Of a stretch of 64,000 nucleotides of DNA, positions 47,051 to 56,310 are shown one piece after another. The position numbers were made by a program, and so were the translations under genes. This DNA is from Bacteriovoracia bacterium (GTDB lineage Bacteria; Bdellovibrionota; UBA1018; JBFWNL01), in assembly GCA_050251055.1 (NCBI GenBank), contig JBFWNL010000002.1, positions 416,001 through 480,000 of the forward strand. The letters are read 5' to 3'. The first letter of the stretch is position 1. Each line of letters begins with the position of its first letter. Below the pieces are notes generated by a model that did no database searches, had not been told where the DNA came from, and saw only the letters and a program-made list of their open reading frames with translations.

Positions 47051-47142
47051 CCCGGCTTATGAACTGCCAATAGAAATTCTTATCGCATAGCAGCATTTTT
47101 TTTATTGTAAGCCGCGAAGGTCGTGGATATATCTAGCCCATA

Positions 47143-47232
47143 CCACGGGGACGTCTTTAATCCCCCCACAACATTAAACTCTTCCCGTGGATGTAAAGGA
47201 CTTGATAGCTCAAACTATCAGGTCCTTTATAG
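47143..47232 (+). ncRNA. candidate small RNA (hairpin with C-rich loop plus terminator)
   Basis: CCACGGG/CCCGTGG and TTTAAT/ATTAAA stems around loop CCCCCCACAAC, followed by hairpin 47194-47229. Confidence 0.5.
47194..47229. terminator. hairpin, possibly bidirectional terminator
   Basis: TAAAGGACTTGATAG/CTATCAGGTCCTTTA, one G-U pair on the plus strand. Confidence 0.7.
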
Positions 47233-47249
47233 TTTCTAGGGCTCGATCG

Positions 47250-47912
47250 TCACGGACTGGCTTGCAGGCCCGCGCGAATGTTCCCCACCGCTTCCCGATA
47301 GGTGGGCCCCAAGATCAAAGTCGGCCAGACCACAAGTACGCAAATCAAAAAGACGACGCCCGTCCAGGCTTGAATCCACACGCGCTGAAGCCATTGGCCC
47401 TTCTCGAGCTTCGAATATCGCCACGCACGCAGGAACATGAGGGCAATCAAACTGAAAACTTGCAGCATCAGCAGCGTGAATCGCGACGGATGACCGACGA
47501 TTTTCGAAATGCCGTTGATCACTTCCGGATGGGTGACGGCCTTGAAGTACGCCTGCAGGGCGGGATTCTCCATGACTCGCTTGGCGGTCTCGGCCATTTT
47601 TTGCTGCTCAGGAGTGAGCGACGTGGGCGCGGGGGTCGCAGCCGCGCCGGAAGCGTCCACCACGCCAACCGCCGAACTTCCGGGTGACGTGACGCTCAGT
47701 TCGGCGAGCTTCCGCCGACGCTCTTCGGCCATCTTCTGTAACTCGAGAACCGCGGCATCTTCGGCGGTCAGGGCGCCCGGGCCCGGCGCGGTCGGTGGTG
47801 GCGCCCGCCGGGGAGCCGGCGGATCTACGAACAAAACCTTGCTCTCACGCGCGTCGCCGGTGCCGCCCCAAAAAGCGGCGATCAAAAGAGAAAAGAAAAG
47901 GGCCAGTGGCAT
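47250..47912 (-). CDS. hypothetical membrane protein
   Basis: N-terminal hydrophobic segment, Pro/Ala linker, two C-terminal TM helices. Confidence 0.7.
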   Translation of the reverse strand: MPLALFFSLLIAAFWGGTGDARESKVLFVDPPAPRRAPPPTAPGPGALTAEDAAVLELQKMAEERRRKLAELSVTSPGSSAVGVVDASGAAATPAPTSLTPEQQKMAETAKRVMENPALQAYFKAVTHPEVINGISKIVGHPSRFTLLMLQVFSLIALMFLRAWRYSKLEKGQWLQRVWIQAWTGVVFLICVLVVWPTLILGPTYREAVGNIRAGLQASP

Positions 47913-47963
47913 GCTCTAAAAGCTAACCGACTGGCCCCGTTCGATCAAACACTATGGCGTTAA

Positions 47964-49736
47964 CTACGGCAAGTACGACTGCAACGCGTGCATTTCCGCG
48001 GCGCGCATGATCTCGGCGCGGTGCGGAGCCTTGGCGACATCGCCGTCCACCGCGTCCCGCAACATCACTTCCTTGACGGCGGCCGGAATGTTACGCGCAT
48101 TGGAAGCGAGCGACGGGAGCACGAGTTCTTCGGCGAGCTTCGCGCCTTTCTCGTCACCCAAGCTCTTGATCAGCTCCTGGCGCAGGTGCCAGGCGAACCC
48201 CGCCCAGGCCTGACCGAGCTGGTGAACCGGACCGGTGCCGCTCACCGGGAACTTGTACGTATTGTCGCCCGTGCGAACCTTCGTGCCGGCACCGAGCAAG
48301 TCTTCGCCGATGATGGGCTGACCCGAAACGTAGACCGCGAGCACGTCGCCCCAACCTTCGCTCAAACCACCGTTGGTGATGCCGCCGAAGCCGTCATCCA
48401 CCAAGTGGCCATATTCATGGTACACGACCGTGTCGTAGGCGGAATTCATGCACTCCTTATCGCCCACGTAGTAGTAGTTCTGGCCGCCCGAATACATAGC
48501 GTTGCACGTCATGTCGTTCCGATTGACGTTCACCTGGGTGACCTTCTCGGTATTCTTGTTGGTCAAGCCGCGATCCACGAGGAACTGGTGCACGATGTTC
48601 GTGTGTACATACCCGTTCACCTGCGCCATCGAGTGCTGCGTGCTGTCTTTCGCGTTGAACAAGAACATGGCTTCCGCCGGGCTTTCACCGGCGATCTTGA
48701 GCAGCTGGCCCACGCCAGTCACGATCTTGGCGAATTTACCTTCGAGCGTGCCCGTCACGGGAAGCGATTTCCCCTCTTCGAGCTTGATCTTGAGCTTGCC
48801 ATCCAAGTCGGAAACCATGGCCTGCCCACCGACCGTGAGGTTCAAGTGAGCAATCGTCAGCTCATCGAGCTTGTCGCCAGTTGCCTGGGGATTGAACTTC
48901 ACCCCGCGTCCCAGGACCTGCAGGGACATTTCCCCGAACTCTTCGGCCGGCTCGTATGCATGCTCGGCGTGCTCAAAGTAACCCCGGTTTTCCTTGTGCA
49001 CGGCCCCGCTCTGCACGTCCACGATATAGGCCGTTTTATGACCCTGAAACTGGATATCGTCCCCCATGATCCAACCTTGCCGATACGTCCACTGGCGCTT
49101 GGCTAAGTGGATCGCGGCATCGGCCGTACCGGCCGCTAAACGCGCCCGATCCGCCGACTGCGCGGTCGTTAGCTGCGGAGAGACCTTGCCCGGAGCAGGC
49201 GGATTTTTCGCGAGATTAGCGTCGACGTTCACGATCTTGCCGCCCTTCACCATCACGGTGGTGCCGCAGCCTTCCACCGGAACCCCGTCCACCAGCTGTG
49301 GGTAGAAGACATAGGTCTGAGGCTCGATCATCTGGGCATTCACGCCTTGCTTTTCAGCGCTGCCAAACCGGGCGCCTTTCAGCAGGTTTCCGTAACCGGC
49401 GTCCTTCAACACGGAGAGCGCCTTATCGAGGACTTCCTGGTCAAATTCTTTTGCATCGACCGGATTGTTCAGCTCCACGCTCGCGATTTGTTCGGCGTGA
49501 TTGAGCATGCTCTCCAGCTCGGCCTTGTGGGCATTCGCGTGCGGCACTTCCATCAGCACGGTGTGCGCGCCAGGATTGGCTTTCGCCACCGAAGGCACCG
49601 CCGTCGCCGAAGCGGCCTTGCTTTGCTTAGCGCCTGAATTCCCGTACGCGATCTCGGTCACGCCCGGACTTTGATAAGCGACGACGACCATCGTCACACC
49701 CACTACCGAAAACACCATCCCTAGTGATTTACGCAT
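47964..49736 (-). CDS. secreted gluzincin metalloprotease (M4/M36-like) with propeptide
   Basis: FTP-like Q.VDGVPV; CNAMY; YHEYGH...LSEGWGD; VHQLGQAW. Confidence 0.85.
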   Translation of the reverse strand: MRKSLGMVFSVVGVTMVVVAYQSPGVTEIAYGNSGAKQSKAASATAVPSVAKANPGAHTVLMEVPHANAHKAELESMLNHAEQIASVELNNPVDAKEFDQEVLDKALSVLKDAGYGNLLKGARFGSAEKQGVNAQMIEPQTYVFYPQLVDGVPVEGCGTTVMVKGGKIVNVDANLAKNPPAPGKVSPQLTTAQSADRARLAAGTADAAIHLAKRQWTYRQGWIMGDDIQFQGHKTAYIVDVQSGAVHKENRGYFEHAEHAYEPAEEFGEMSLQVLGRGVKFNPQATGDKLDELTIAHLNLTVGGQAMVSDLDGKLKIKLEEGKSLPVTGTLEGKFAKIVTGVGQLLKIAGESPAEAMFLFNAKDSTQHSMAQVNGYVHTNIVHQFLVDRGLTNKNTEKVTQVNVNRNDMTCNAMYSGGQNYYYVGDKECMNSAYDTVVYHEYGHLVDDGFGGITNGGLSEGWGDVLAVYVSGQPIIGEDLLGAGTKVRTGDNTYKFPVSGTGPVHQLGQAWAGFAWHLRQELIKSLGDEKGAKLAEELVLPSLASNARNIPAAVKEVMLRDAVDGDVAKAPHRAEIMRAAEMHALQSYLP

Positions 49737-49763
49737 CTTTCTATTCCCCCCGGTTAAACTGAA

Positions 49764-50255
49764 TTAGAACTTGATCGAACTTAGGATTTTTTCCACGTCC
49801 ATGCGGGACTGTTCATCCGCGCGAATTTGATACGAGATCTGCATGACCGCCGCCGGCCCCCGGAAAACGTAGATCGAGGTCTTCCCGCGCCATTGCACGA
49901 GATAGCCCGGACGCCCATCGACTTCCGTCGACTGCGGGAGCAGATACGGATGCTTGCTCGCGACGTACGCCTTCAGGTCGTCCAAGCTTTGGACCTGGCC
50001 CAGATCGTGCCGCGTGATGCCGACGTTAGTCGCCAGCTTCGCGTCCACGCCGTCTTCCATGAAACCGACGATCTCGCCCAAATCAAAATTATTCCAGGTG
50101 CGCGGGTACTCGGTCTCGTACCCGCCCAAGGCGCTGCGGAACTTCACGTAACGGGCGTTGCCAATTTCGCCGCCCGCGCGCACTCCGTTCGCCGCGCCCA
50201 AAGCGCCGGCCACAACTAACGAAAACAGTACCAGCTTTCGTGTCCCTGCCTTCAT
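49764..50255 (-). CDS. secreted protein coupled to TIGR02147 gene (PsbP-like fold possible)
   Basis: ATGA overlap; signal peptide ending VRA then GGEIGN; YP..W, VDGRPG, KILSSIKF. Confidence 0.75.
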   Translation of the reverse strand: MKAGTRKLVLFSLVVAGALGAANGVRAGGEIGNARYVKFRSALGGYETEYPRTWNNFDLGEIVGFMEDGVDAKLATNVGITRHDLGQVQSLDDLKAYVASKHPYLLPQSTEVDGRPGYLVQWRGKTSIYVFRGPAAVMQISYQIRADEQSRMDVEKILSSIKF

Positions 50256-51088
50256 GTCGCTCCCCCTTCTTTCATCATCGTCAGCGGAAAGAAATTCATG
50301 ACCAAATGGTAGACCTCCTCGTTGCCTTCTTTGGCCGAGTAAAGTCGGTTCAATTCCTTGCGAAACTCTTTTAATGATTTTTTGAACTCCGGGATCTTGC
50401 TCTTCGGAAGCGCGATGGTGAGCGCGCTAACTTCACGCTGCTCGATCGCGTCGTTGAAAACCGAGTTAATCCCCAGCTCCATGAACTGCCGATGCAGATC
50501 ACGAATGAGCAGCGAAGAGATTTCATCGGAGGTAGTGATGAGCGGCTCGCTCGGCACAAAACGGCCGCCGTCGCGCTTAATGAACTCGAGCTTCTCGAGC
50601 AGCTCGAGACTCGCCGCCGCTTGCTTCGGAGTGATGCGATGGCGCAGCCGTTGCGCAATCCAGGACGGGTCTTCTGAGAAGTCCTTCAGGAGCGTGAGTT
50701 CCCGGATCGCCCAGTGGTACCAGTGCTTGAGCATCTCGATACGCGCGGTTTGCACCTCGTGCACGGAATTCAAATTCCGCGCGCGGAGCTTGAGGATGTC
50801 TTTGAGGTAGTTGTTCTTGGCCTCGATGTCCTTGCATTCGGCGTAGAGCACGAGGCTGCGGAAATAATCGCTTTCGTGCTTCGAGAGGCTAAGTCCGCGC
50901 ACAAAGCTGGGCAGGTTCGTATCGGTGATGCGGCGCTGGCCGTCGATCACGAGCTTCAGGTAGTTGGGCGAGCCCAACTTCGCCTTGTTGGCGAAAACCC
51001 GGTAAGAGTAAGACGGGTTCACGCTCTTCTGCTGGCGATAGAAATCCCGTAGGTACGCTCGATAATCCGTGTACTCAAATAGCTGCAA
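50252..51088 (-). CDS. TIGR02147 family (DUF4423) putative HTH regulator
   Basis: YTDYRAYLRDFY, YSYR..A, LVIDGQRRI, WYHWAIREL, LHRQFM, REVSALT, VYHLVMNFFPLT; TTG start with GGAGG RBS. Confidence 0.9.
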   Translation of the reverse strand: MQLFEYTDYRAYLRDFYRQQKSVNPSYSYRVFANKAKLGSPNYLKLVIDGQRRITDTNLPSFVRGLSLSKHESDYFRSLVLYAECKDIEAKNNYLKDILKLRARNLNSVHEVQTARIEMLKHWYHWAIRELTLLKDFSEDPSWIAQRLRHRITPKQAAASLELLEKLEFIKRDGGRFVPSEPLITTSDEISSLLIRDLHRQFMELGINSVFNDAIEQREVSALTIALPKSKIPEFKKSLKEFRKELNRLYSAKEGNEEVYHLVMNFFPLTMMKEGGAT

Positions 51089-51466
51089 GCACCCCTCCTT
51101 GGCGTGTTGCGGTCACCCCAGGACATCACGAATCAAACGTCAAATTCTTGATGTCCCCCCAACTAACGCCTAAATGTCACCCGATTTTTCGATTTAGAAA
51201 AGGGGGGCTGAAAAATAATTCCGTTTTTTTTCTTAACGACTGTTAATGCGGGATTTTCCGCTTTCGTGCAAAAATCGCAGCTTTACCGCCTCATTTTCAT
51301 TTTTTCCGAATGCGCACAGTCTTCGATCGCCGTAGATTCAATCGCAACTGTTAGCGTCATTTTCGATATCGCATCGCGTGAAGGCCTTCGATTATTTCAC
51401 TTGGGTTTAACGCGCCCCTAAGGGAAAATCGGATCAATCGTTGTTCAACGAAGGGAAGGGACTGAA

Positions 51467-51838
51467 ATGAAAGCAAAATTACCCATGATTGCCCGCATCC
51501 TATTGGGCTTGGTCTTCTTTGTGTTCGGCTTGAACGGATTTCTGAACTTCATTCCGCCGCCGCCGGATATGCCGGAGGCTGGCTTGAATTTCTTCAATGC
51601 GATGGTCGCAACCGGCTACTTGCTCTACCTCGTGAAGGGCACCGAGGTGGTTTGCGGCCTGATGCTACTCGCGAACTTCAAGGCCCCGCTCGCCGTAGTG
51701 ATGATCACTCCGGTCGTAGTGAACATTTTCCTTTTTCACATTTTCGTCGTACCGGGAATCGCCATGGCCGCGATCATCGTCGCCCTGTGGGGCTTCCTGG
51801 TTTACAGCTACCGGGCTCACTACAAGGGCCTTTGCTAA
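51467..51838 (+). CDS. DoxX family membrane protein
   Basis: ARILLGLVFFVFGLNGF, PVVVNIFLFH. Confidence 0.88.
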   Translation: MKAKLPMIARILLGLVFFVFGLNGFLNFIPPPPDMPEAGLNFFNAMVATGYLLYLVKGTEVVCGLMLLANFKAPLAVVMITPVVVNIFLFHIFVVPGIAMAAIIVALWGFLVYSYRAHYKGLC

Positions 51839-51869
51839 GCGACGCTTTTAGTATCGAATTTTCCCATCA

Positions 51870-51906
51870 CAACCGCCGCCCGCGCCCTCCGCGCGGGCGG
51901 CGGTTG
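51870..51906 (+). terminator. intrinsic terminator
   Basis: perfect 16-bp GC-rich stem followed by CATTTT. Confidence 0.75.
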
Positions 51907-52064
51907 CATTTTAAGCTGTCCAAATTCCGACGGGTGTGTACTTTTTTGACTACTTATTTTTTATTAAAAATTTAATTAAATGTATAATTAATTGTTTTAA
52001 TTGAACTATTTAAATAAAAAAGATTCGGTATAAGTCTTGTATTGATTTTATTCATGGAGCACCC

Positions 52065-53039
52065 ATGAAAACAATCTCAATCGCCCTGGCCGGAGCCCTT
52101 TTTTTCACTCTCCCCTACTTGGGGCGGGCGAACGATGAAACCCGCAGCGTTCCGATTCAATCCCTCAATGGGCGCAGTCCGCGCGTCGGCGGGTTACCCG
52201 TTGAGTACGAGCTAAAGCCCGTTGCGCGCGCCACCATCGCCCTTATTCCCACGCTTCGAGCTGAAGAATTGATCGCGCCCCGGGACCCACAGCTACCTGA
52301 GCTACCCGCCACACGATGGTTCTCCAGCGAACAGCACGCCCGCTGGTACTTGCATAGCTTACCCACCGAGGTTCGCGCGAGCTATCGCATCGAAAACGCG
52401 CCCACCTGGAATGGACCGAACGAACGCGGCCTACTCCTCCCCGGCGTAGGAACTTACGATCAAGGGCAACTCATCCATCTGAATTGCTTTGCCAGCCAAC
52501 GGAAAGAGATCGAAATCGCCTTAATTCGATATCCGGAAATCCGGGAATCCATCTCTCGTACCGAGGAAGGACGATTCGTCATCACCTTGCAAGACATGCG
52601 GGAAAGCGCGGCGGCCTACGTGAGGGAGGTACGAAGCCGCAACAAGGTCTATCCCTTTGACCCTGGCAATACTACCGACCAGACGGTGGCGACGGCCCCT
52701 CACATTTCGGGTGACCGCTATCATCCCCAAGCACGTCCCATTCGTCTCACCGCCATCTTGAACGAGACCGGATGCCAGCCCGTCACGGCCGCCCAAATCG
52801 GGGAATGGCTACAACGGATACAAACCGGTACGTCAACAGTCGATCCCCTGGATTCGATGATTCAACTTCTCAGCTCGCCCCCGCCGGAACCCGTTTCGCG
52901 TACCCCCAGACAAGACTGGGTGCGAGAAGCCGCCATCAACCAAGCCGCGAGTAAACCCGATCCGAGCGCGGAGCCCGCGCCCGCGCCATCGAACGCGGCG
53001 CCGGAACCCGATGCCGTGCGCGGAAGGCCGGCGCGCTAG
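52065..53039 (+). CDS. hypothetical secreted protein with Pro-rich tail
   Basis: GGAG RBS, signal peptide, very AT-rich upstream region. Confidence 0.7.
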   Translation: MKTISIALAGALFFTLPYLGRANDETRSVPIQSLNGRSPRVGGLPVEYELKPVARATIALIPTLRAEELIAPRDPQLPELPATRWFSSEQHARWYLHSLPTEVRASYRIENAPTWNGPNERGLLLPGVGTYDQGQLIHLNCFASQRKEIEIALIRYPEIRESISRTEEGRFVITLQDMRESAAAYVREVRSRNKVYPFDPGNTTDQTVATAPHISGDRYHPQARPIRLTAILNETGCQPVTAAQIGEWLQRIQTGTSTVDPLDSMIQLLSSPPPEPVSRTPRQDWVREAAINQAASKPDPSAEPAPAPSNAAPEPDAVRGRPAR

Positions 53040-53161
53040 CCAGCAAGCAGGCTTCCGCCGCACACAACCCCGGAGCCCTTCGCACCTGCGTCATATTGGC
53101 CGTTTGCATCCGACAGGGTTCCAAGGGTAGAACGGGAGCGGTCGAAAAATACCGTGATCCC

Positions 53162-54184
53162 ATGAAAAGCGAAGCCATTCTTCCTTATTTTCATTCCTCC
53201 CCGTCCCCGACGCTGGTCGACCAGAGCGGACGGCTCCTTCGGTACTTGCGGCTTTCCGTAACCGACGCCTGCAACTTTCGCTGCACCTACTGTTTACCGA
53301 ACGGGTATAAGCCTACCCGCGAGGAGTCCTCGCTCTCCCCGATAGAGATTGAAAACCTGGTGCGAGGCTTCGCGGATTTAGGCTTCAAAAAAGTAAGAAT
53401 CACCGGAGGGGAGCCCACCCTGCGTCGAGACCTGCTAGAAATCGTCCGCCGCGTAGCGGGCACGGCCGACCTTCAAAAAATCGCGCTGTCAACGAACGGC
53501 TCGTCGCTCGCACGCCTAGCCGCTCCGCTCCGGGCGGCGGGCTTAACCCACCTCAATGTCAGCCTCGATACGCTGGATCGGGAATCCTTCCATCGGTTGG
53601 TCGGAGCCGATCGTCTGCCCGAGGTCCTGTCCGGGATTGAAGCCGCGCTCAACGCCGGTTTCCCGTGGATTAAAATGAACGCCGTTTTACTGCGGGAATT
53701 CACCCCTTCGACGTTAGATCGTTTTCTAGAATGGGTCGGCCACCGTCCCGTCACCGTGCGCTTCATCGAGCTGATGCGTACGGGCGAAAACGGCGGGTTT
53801 TTTTCCCAGCAACATTATTCCAGCGGAGAACTCCTGCTCGAGCTGCGCCGCCGAGGCTGGACGCAAATCCCCCGAGCGCTGGACGATGGCCCGGCCGTGG
53901 AGTTCTCGCATCCTGAAAGTCAGGGACGCGTCGGCATCATCGCACCTTACCGCGAGGGCTTCTGCGAGCAATGCAATCGCCTGCGGGTGACCCACACGGG
54001 CGGACTGCGGCTCTGCCTGTTCGGCGAGCAAGACTACTCCTTGCGCGAACTTCTGCAGGCACCCGACCAACGAGAAGAGCTTGCCGCCGCGATCCGGCGT
54101 TGGGTCGGCAACAAGGCGCCCCGCCACTTACTGAAAGAGGAAAAGTATGGAATCACGCGAAACTTCGCCGGTATCGGCGGCTAG
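53162..54184 (+). CDS. moaA: GTP 3',8-cyclase
   Basis: LRLSVTDACNFRCTYC, TGGEP, FCEQCNRLR, LCLF, C-terminal IGG. Confidence 0.96.
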   Translation: MKSEAILPYFHSSPSPTLVDQSGRLLRYLRLSVTDACNFRCTYCLPNGYKPTREESSLSPIEIENLVRGFADLGFKKVRITGGEPTLRRDLLEIVRRVAGTADLQKIALSTNGSSLARLAAPLRAAGLTHLNVSLDTLDRESFHRLVGADRLPEVLSGIEAALNAGFPWIKMNAVLLREFTPSTLDRFLEWVGHRPVTVRFIELMRTGENGGFFSQQHYSSGELLLELRRRGWTQIPRALDDGPAVEFSHPESQGRVGIIAPYREGFCEQCNRLRVTHTGGLRLCLFGEQDYSLRELLQAPDQREELAAAIRRWVGNKAPRHLLKEEKYGITRNFAGIGG

Positions 54185-55205
54185 CCGCTTCCGCATGATC
54201 GACGTGGGCGCTAAGGCGATCACGCGCCGACGCGCCCTGGCTCGAGGGCGCATCGTGATGGCTCGCGACACTCTGGAAAAAATCCGCCAAGGCACCATTC
54301 CCAAGGGAGACCCGCTCGCGCTCGGAGAAGCCGCCGGCATCCTCGCCGCCAAGCAAACCTCCGCGATTCTCCCCCTTTGCCATCCCCTTCCCCTCGATGC
54401 GGTCAACGTGCGCTTCCGGCTGGTCGAGCTTTCCTCGACCCAAGGCGCGGTGGACGCCGAATGCGAAGTCACGTGCGAAGCGCGCACGGGCGTAGAAATG
54501 GAAGCGCTCTTTGGCGTGCAAGCCGCCCTGCTTTGCGTTTACGACCTGGCGAAAGCCGTGGATCCCGTGCTTTCCATTGAAACCGTGCGGTTGGCATGGA
54601 AAGAGGGCGGAAAGCACGGGGTGTGGCGCCACCCCGCCGACGCCTCGGCCTCGCTTCCCCCTTCTCCCGTATCGGAACCCGCGCCCACGCAAAGCCTCTC
54701 CGGCTTACGCGCAAGCGTGTTGACCGTGAGTGACCGCGTCTCGAGAAATGAAGCCGAAGATCGCACCGGCCCCAAAATTCACGCTTGGTTGCAAAACCGC
54801 GGCGCGCAGACGGCGGCGATCGAAGTCGTTCCCGACGAACCTGAGCTCATTCGTCATGCGCTCATGCGTGCGATCGAGGGCGCTGACCGAGAACTCGTCA
54901 TCTTGACCGGCGGCACCGGCTTCGGCCCGCGCGACGTCACCCCCGAAGCCGTATTGCCGCTCCTTGGTCGGCAGTGGCCCGGTTTCGGCGAAGCCCTGCG
55001 GGCATTGGGCGCGCGCCACAAACCCCAGGCTTACCTCAGCCGCGCCTTCGCCGGCATGCGCGGAAAGTGCTGGATCGTCGCGCTGCCCGGAAGCCCCAGC
55101 GCGGTCCGCGACGGGCTCACGGTGCTAGACGAACTGTTGCCGCACGGATTGGAAATTGCTCGCGCTTTACCCAACGCCCACGAAGGAGAATCACATGTCC
55201 GCTAA
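54147..55205 (+). CDS. moaCB: MoaC-MoaB/MogA fusion
   Basis: MIDVG.K, PLCHPL, TGVEMEAL, KEGGK; then TVSD, TGGTG.GPRDVTPEA, LPGSP. Confidence 0.92.
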   Translation: MESRETSPVSAASRFRMIDVGAKAITRRRALARGRIVMARDTLEKIRQGTIPKGDPLALGEAAGILAAKQTSAILPLCHPLPLDAVNVRFRLVELSSTQGAVDAECEVTCEARTGVEMEALFGVQAALLCVYDLAKAVDPVLSIETVRLAWKEGGKHGVWRHPADASASLPPSPVSEPAPTQSLSGLRASVLTVSDRVSRNEAEDRTGPKIHAWLQNRGAQTAAIEVVPDEPELIRHALMRAIEGADRELVILTGGTGFGPRDVTPEAVLPLLGRQWPGFGEALRALGARHKPQAYLSRAFAGMRGKCWIVALPGSPSAVRDGLTVLDELLPHGLEIARALPNAHEGESHVR

Positions 55206-56310
55206 ATCTTCACGAACTTGGGTGAAAGACTTCGGCGGCGCGTTCGCGGATGCCGCCATTCTTTTTCCGCTATTGGCCGCGCTTTCGACGTCGAATGCCG
55301 GCCTGGCGGGCGGCACGCTCTTACTCACGGCCGGACTAGCCTATTGGATCGCCGGTGCGGTTTTCCGGGTCCCCATGCCGGTACAGCCGTTGAAGTCCAT
55401 CGCCATCGCCGCGCTGGCCCTCGGCGCGAGCGGTACGGAGATTCGCGTTTCCGGTGCGCTTCTGGGCGTGGCCTGTTTGCTCTTGCTTTTCACGCGCGCG
55501 GAAACCTGGGCCGCACGCGTTCCCACCGTGATCATCCACAGCATGCAAGTGGGATTAGGCGTGCTGTTGATCACGCAAGGCCTGAAGACGCTGCCGGGCG
55601 GATCAGAACTCTATTTCTTCATGCTGGTGGCGGCCATGTTCGCCGTCCCCTACCTCACGCAGTTCCCCCTTTTGGGTTGGGTGGCGGCGGCGGGACTCCT
55701 GTACGGGGTCTTGCGGGCTGACTCGCCGCAGGTGGGAGCAGGCGGCCCGCCTCCCGAGCTCCGAGATCTCCGACCCGGGATGATCGCCGCGCTGGTTTTT
55801 CCGCAGCTGGCGCTCACGCTGGCGAATTCCGTCGTGGGTACCCGTCAGGCGGCGCAAAGATATTTTGGGCGTGGCGCTGAACGCGTCACCGTACCCCGCC
55901 TCTTGAGCGTCATCGGGCTGGGAAACCTGGTGTCGTCACTGGTGGGCGGACTTCCTTTTTGTCACGGGGCGGGCGGCCTCACCGCCCATGTCCGCGGCGG
56001 CGCGACGACCGCGCGGATGAACTGGATCATCGGCGGGCTGCTCGTCACCTTAGCGGGGTTTCACTTTTTCGTTGGAGGCACGGCGATCCGCATCCCCCCG
56101 CTTCTCGTTGCCGCCTTGCTCGCGGTGACCGGCATCTTTCACATTCTGTTGGCCGAGGAAAGCTGGCGTCAGTCTCCGTGGCTTCGCATTCAAGTGATCG
56201 CCGCGGCGGCGGTTTCGCTCGCGACCCACAACCTGCTTTGGGTACTCGGATCCAGCGTCGCTCTTACCCTCCTGCTCAAGAAACGGCCGGCGCATGATCC
56301 AGTATATTGA
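55195..56310 (+). CDS. putative molybdate/sulfate transporter (MOT1 family)
   Basis: GAFAD, PMPVQPLK, PQLALTLANS, PFCHGAGGL.AH...GA; inside the Moco operon. Confidence 0.85.
   Translation: MSAKSSRTWVKDFGGAFADAAILFPLLAALSTSNAGLAGGTLLLTAGLAYWIAGAVFRVPMPVQPLKSIAIAALALGASGTEIRVSGALLGVACLLLLFTRAETWAARVPTVIIHSMQVGLGVLLITQGLKTLPGGSELYFFMLVAAMFAVPYLTQFPLLGWVAAAGLLYGVLRADSPQVGAGGPPPELRDLRPGMIAALVFPQLALTLANSVVGTRQAAQRYFGRGAERVTVPRLLSVIGLGNLVSSLVGGLPFCHGAGGLTAHVRGGATTARMNWIIGGLLVTLAGFHFFVGGTAIRIPPLLVAALLAVTGIFHILLAEESWRQSPWLRIQVIAAAAVSLATHNLLWVLGSSVALTLLLKKRPAHDPVY

Noticed and set aside
52026-52040. sigma54-like CGGTATAAGTCTTGT upstream of 52065
   Set aside because: The -12 element is GT rather than GC; plausible but too weak to call.
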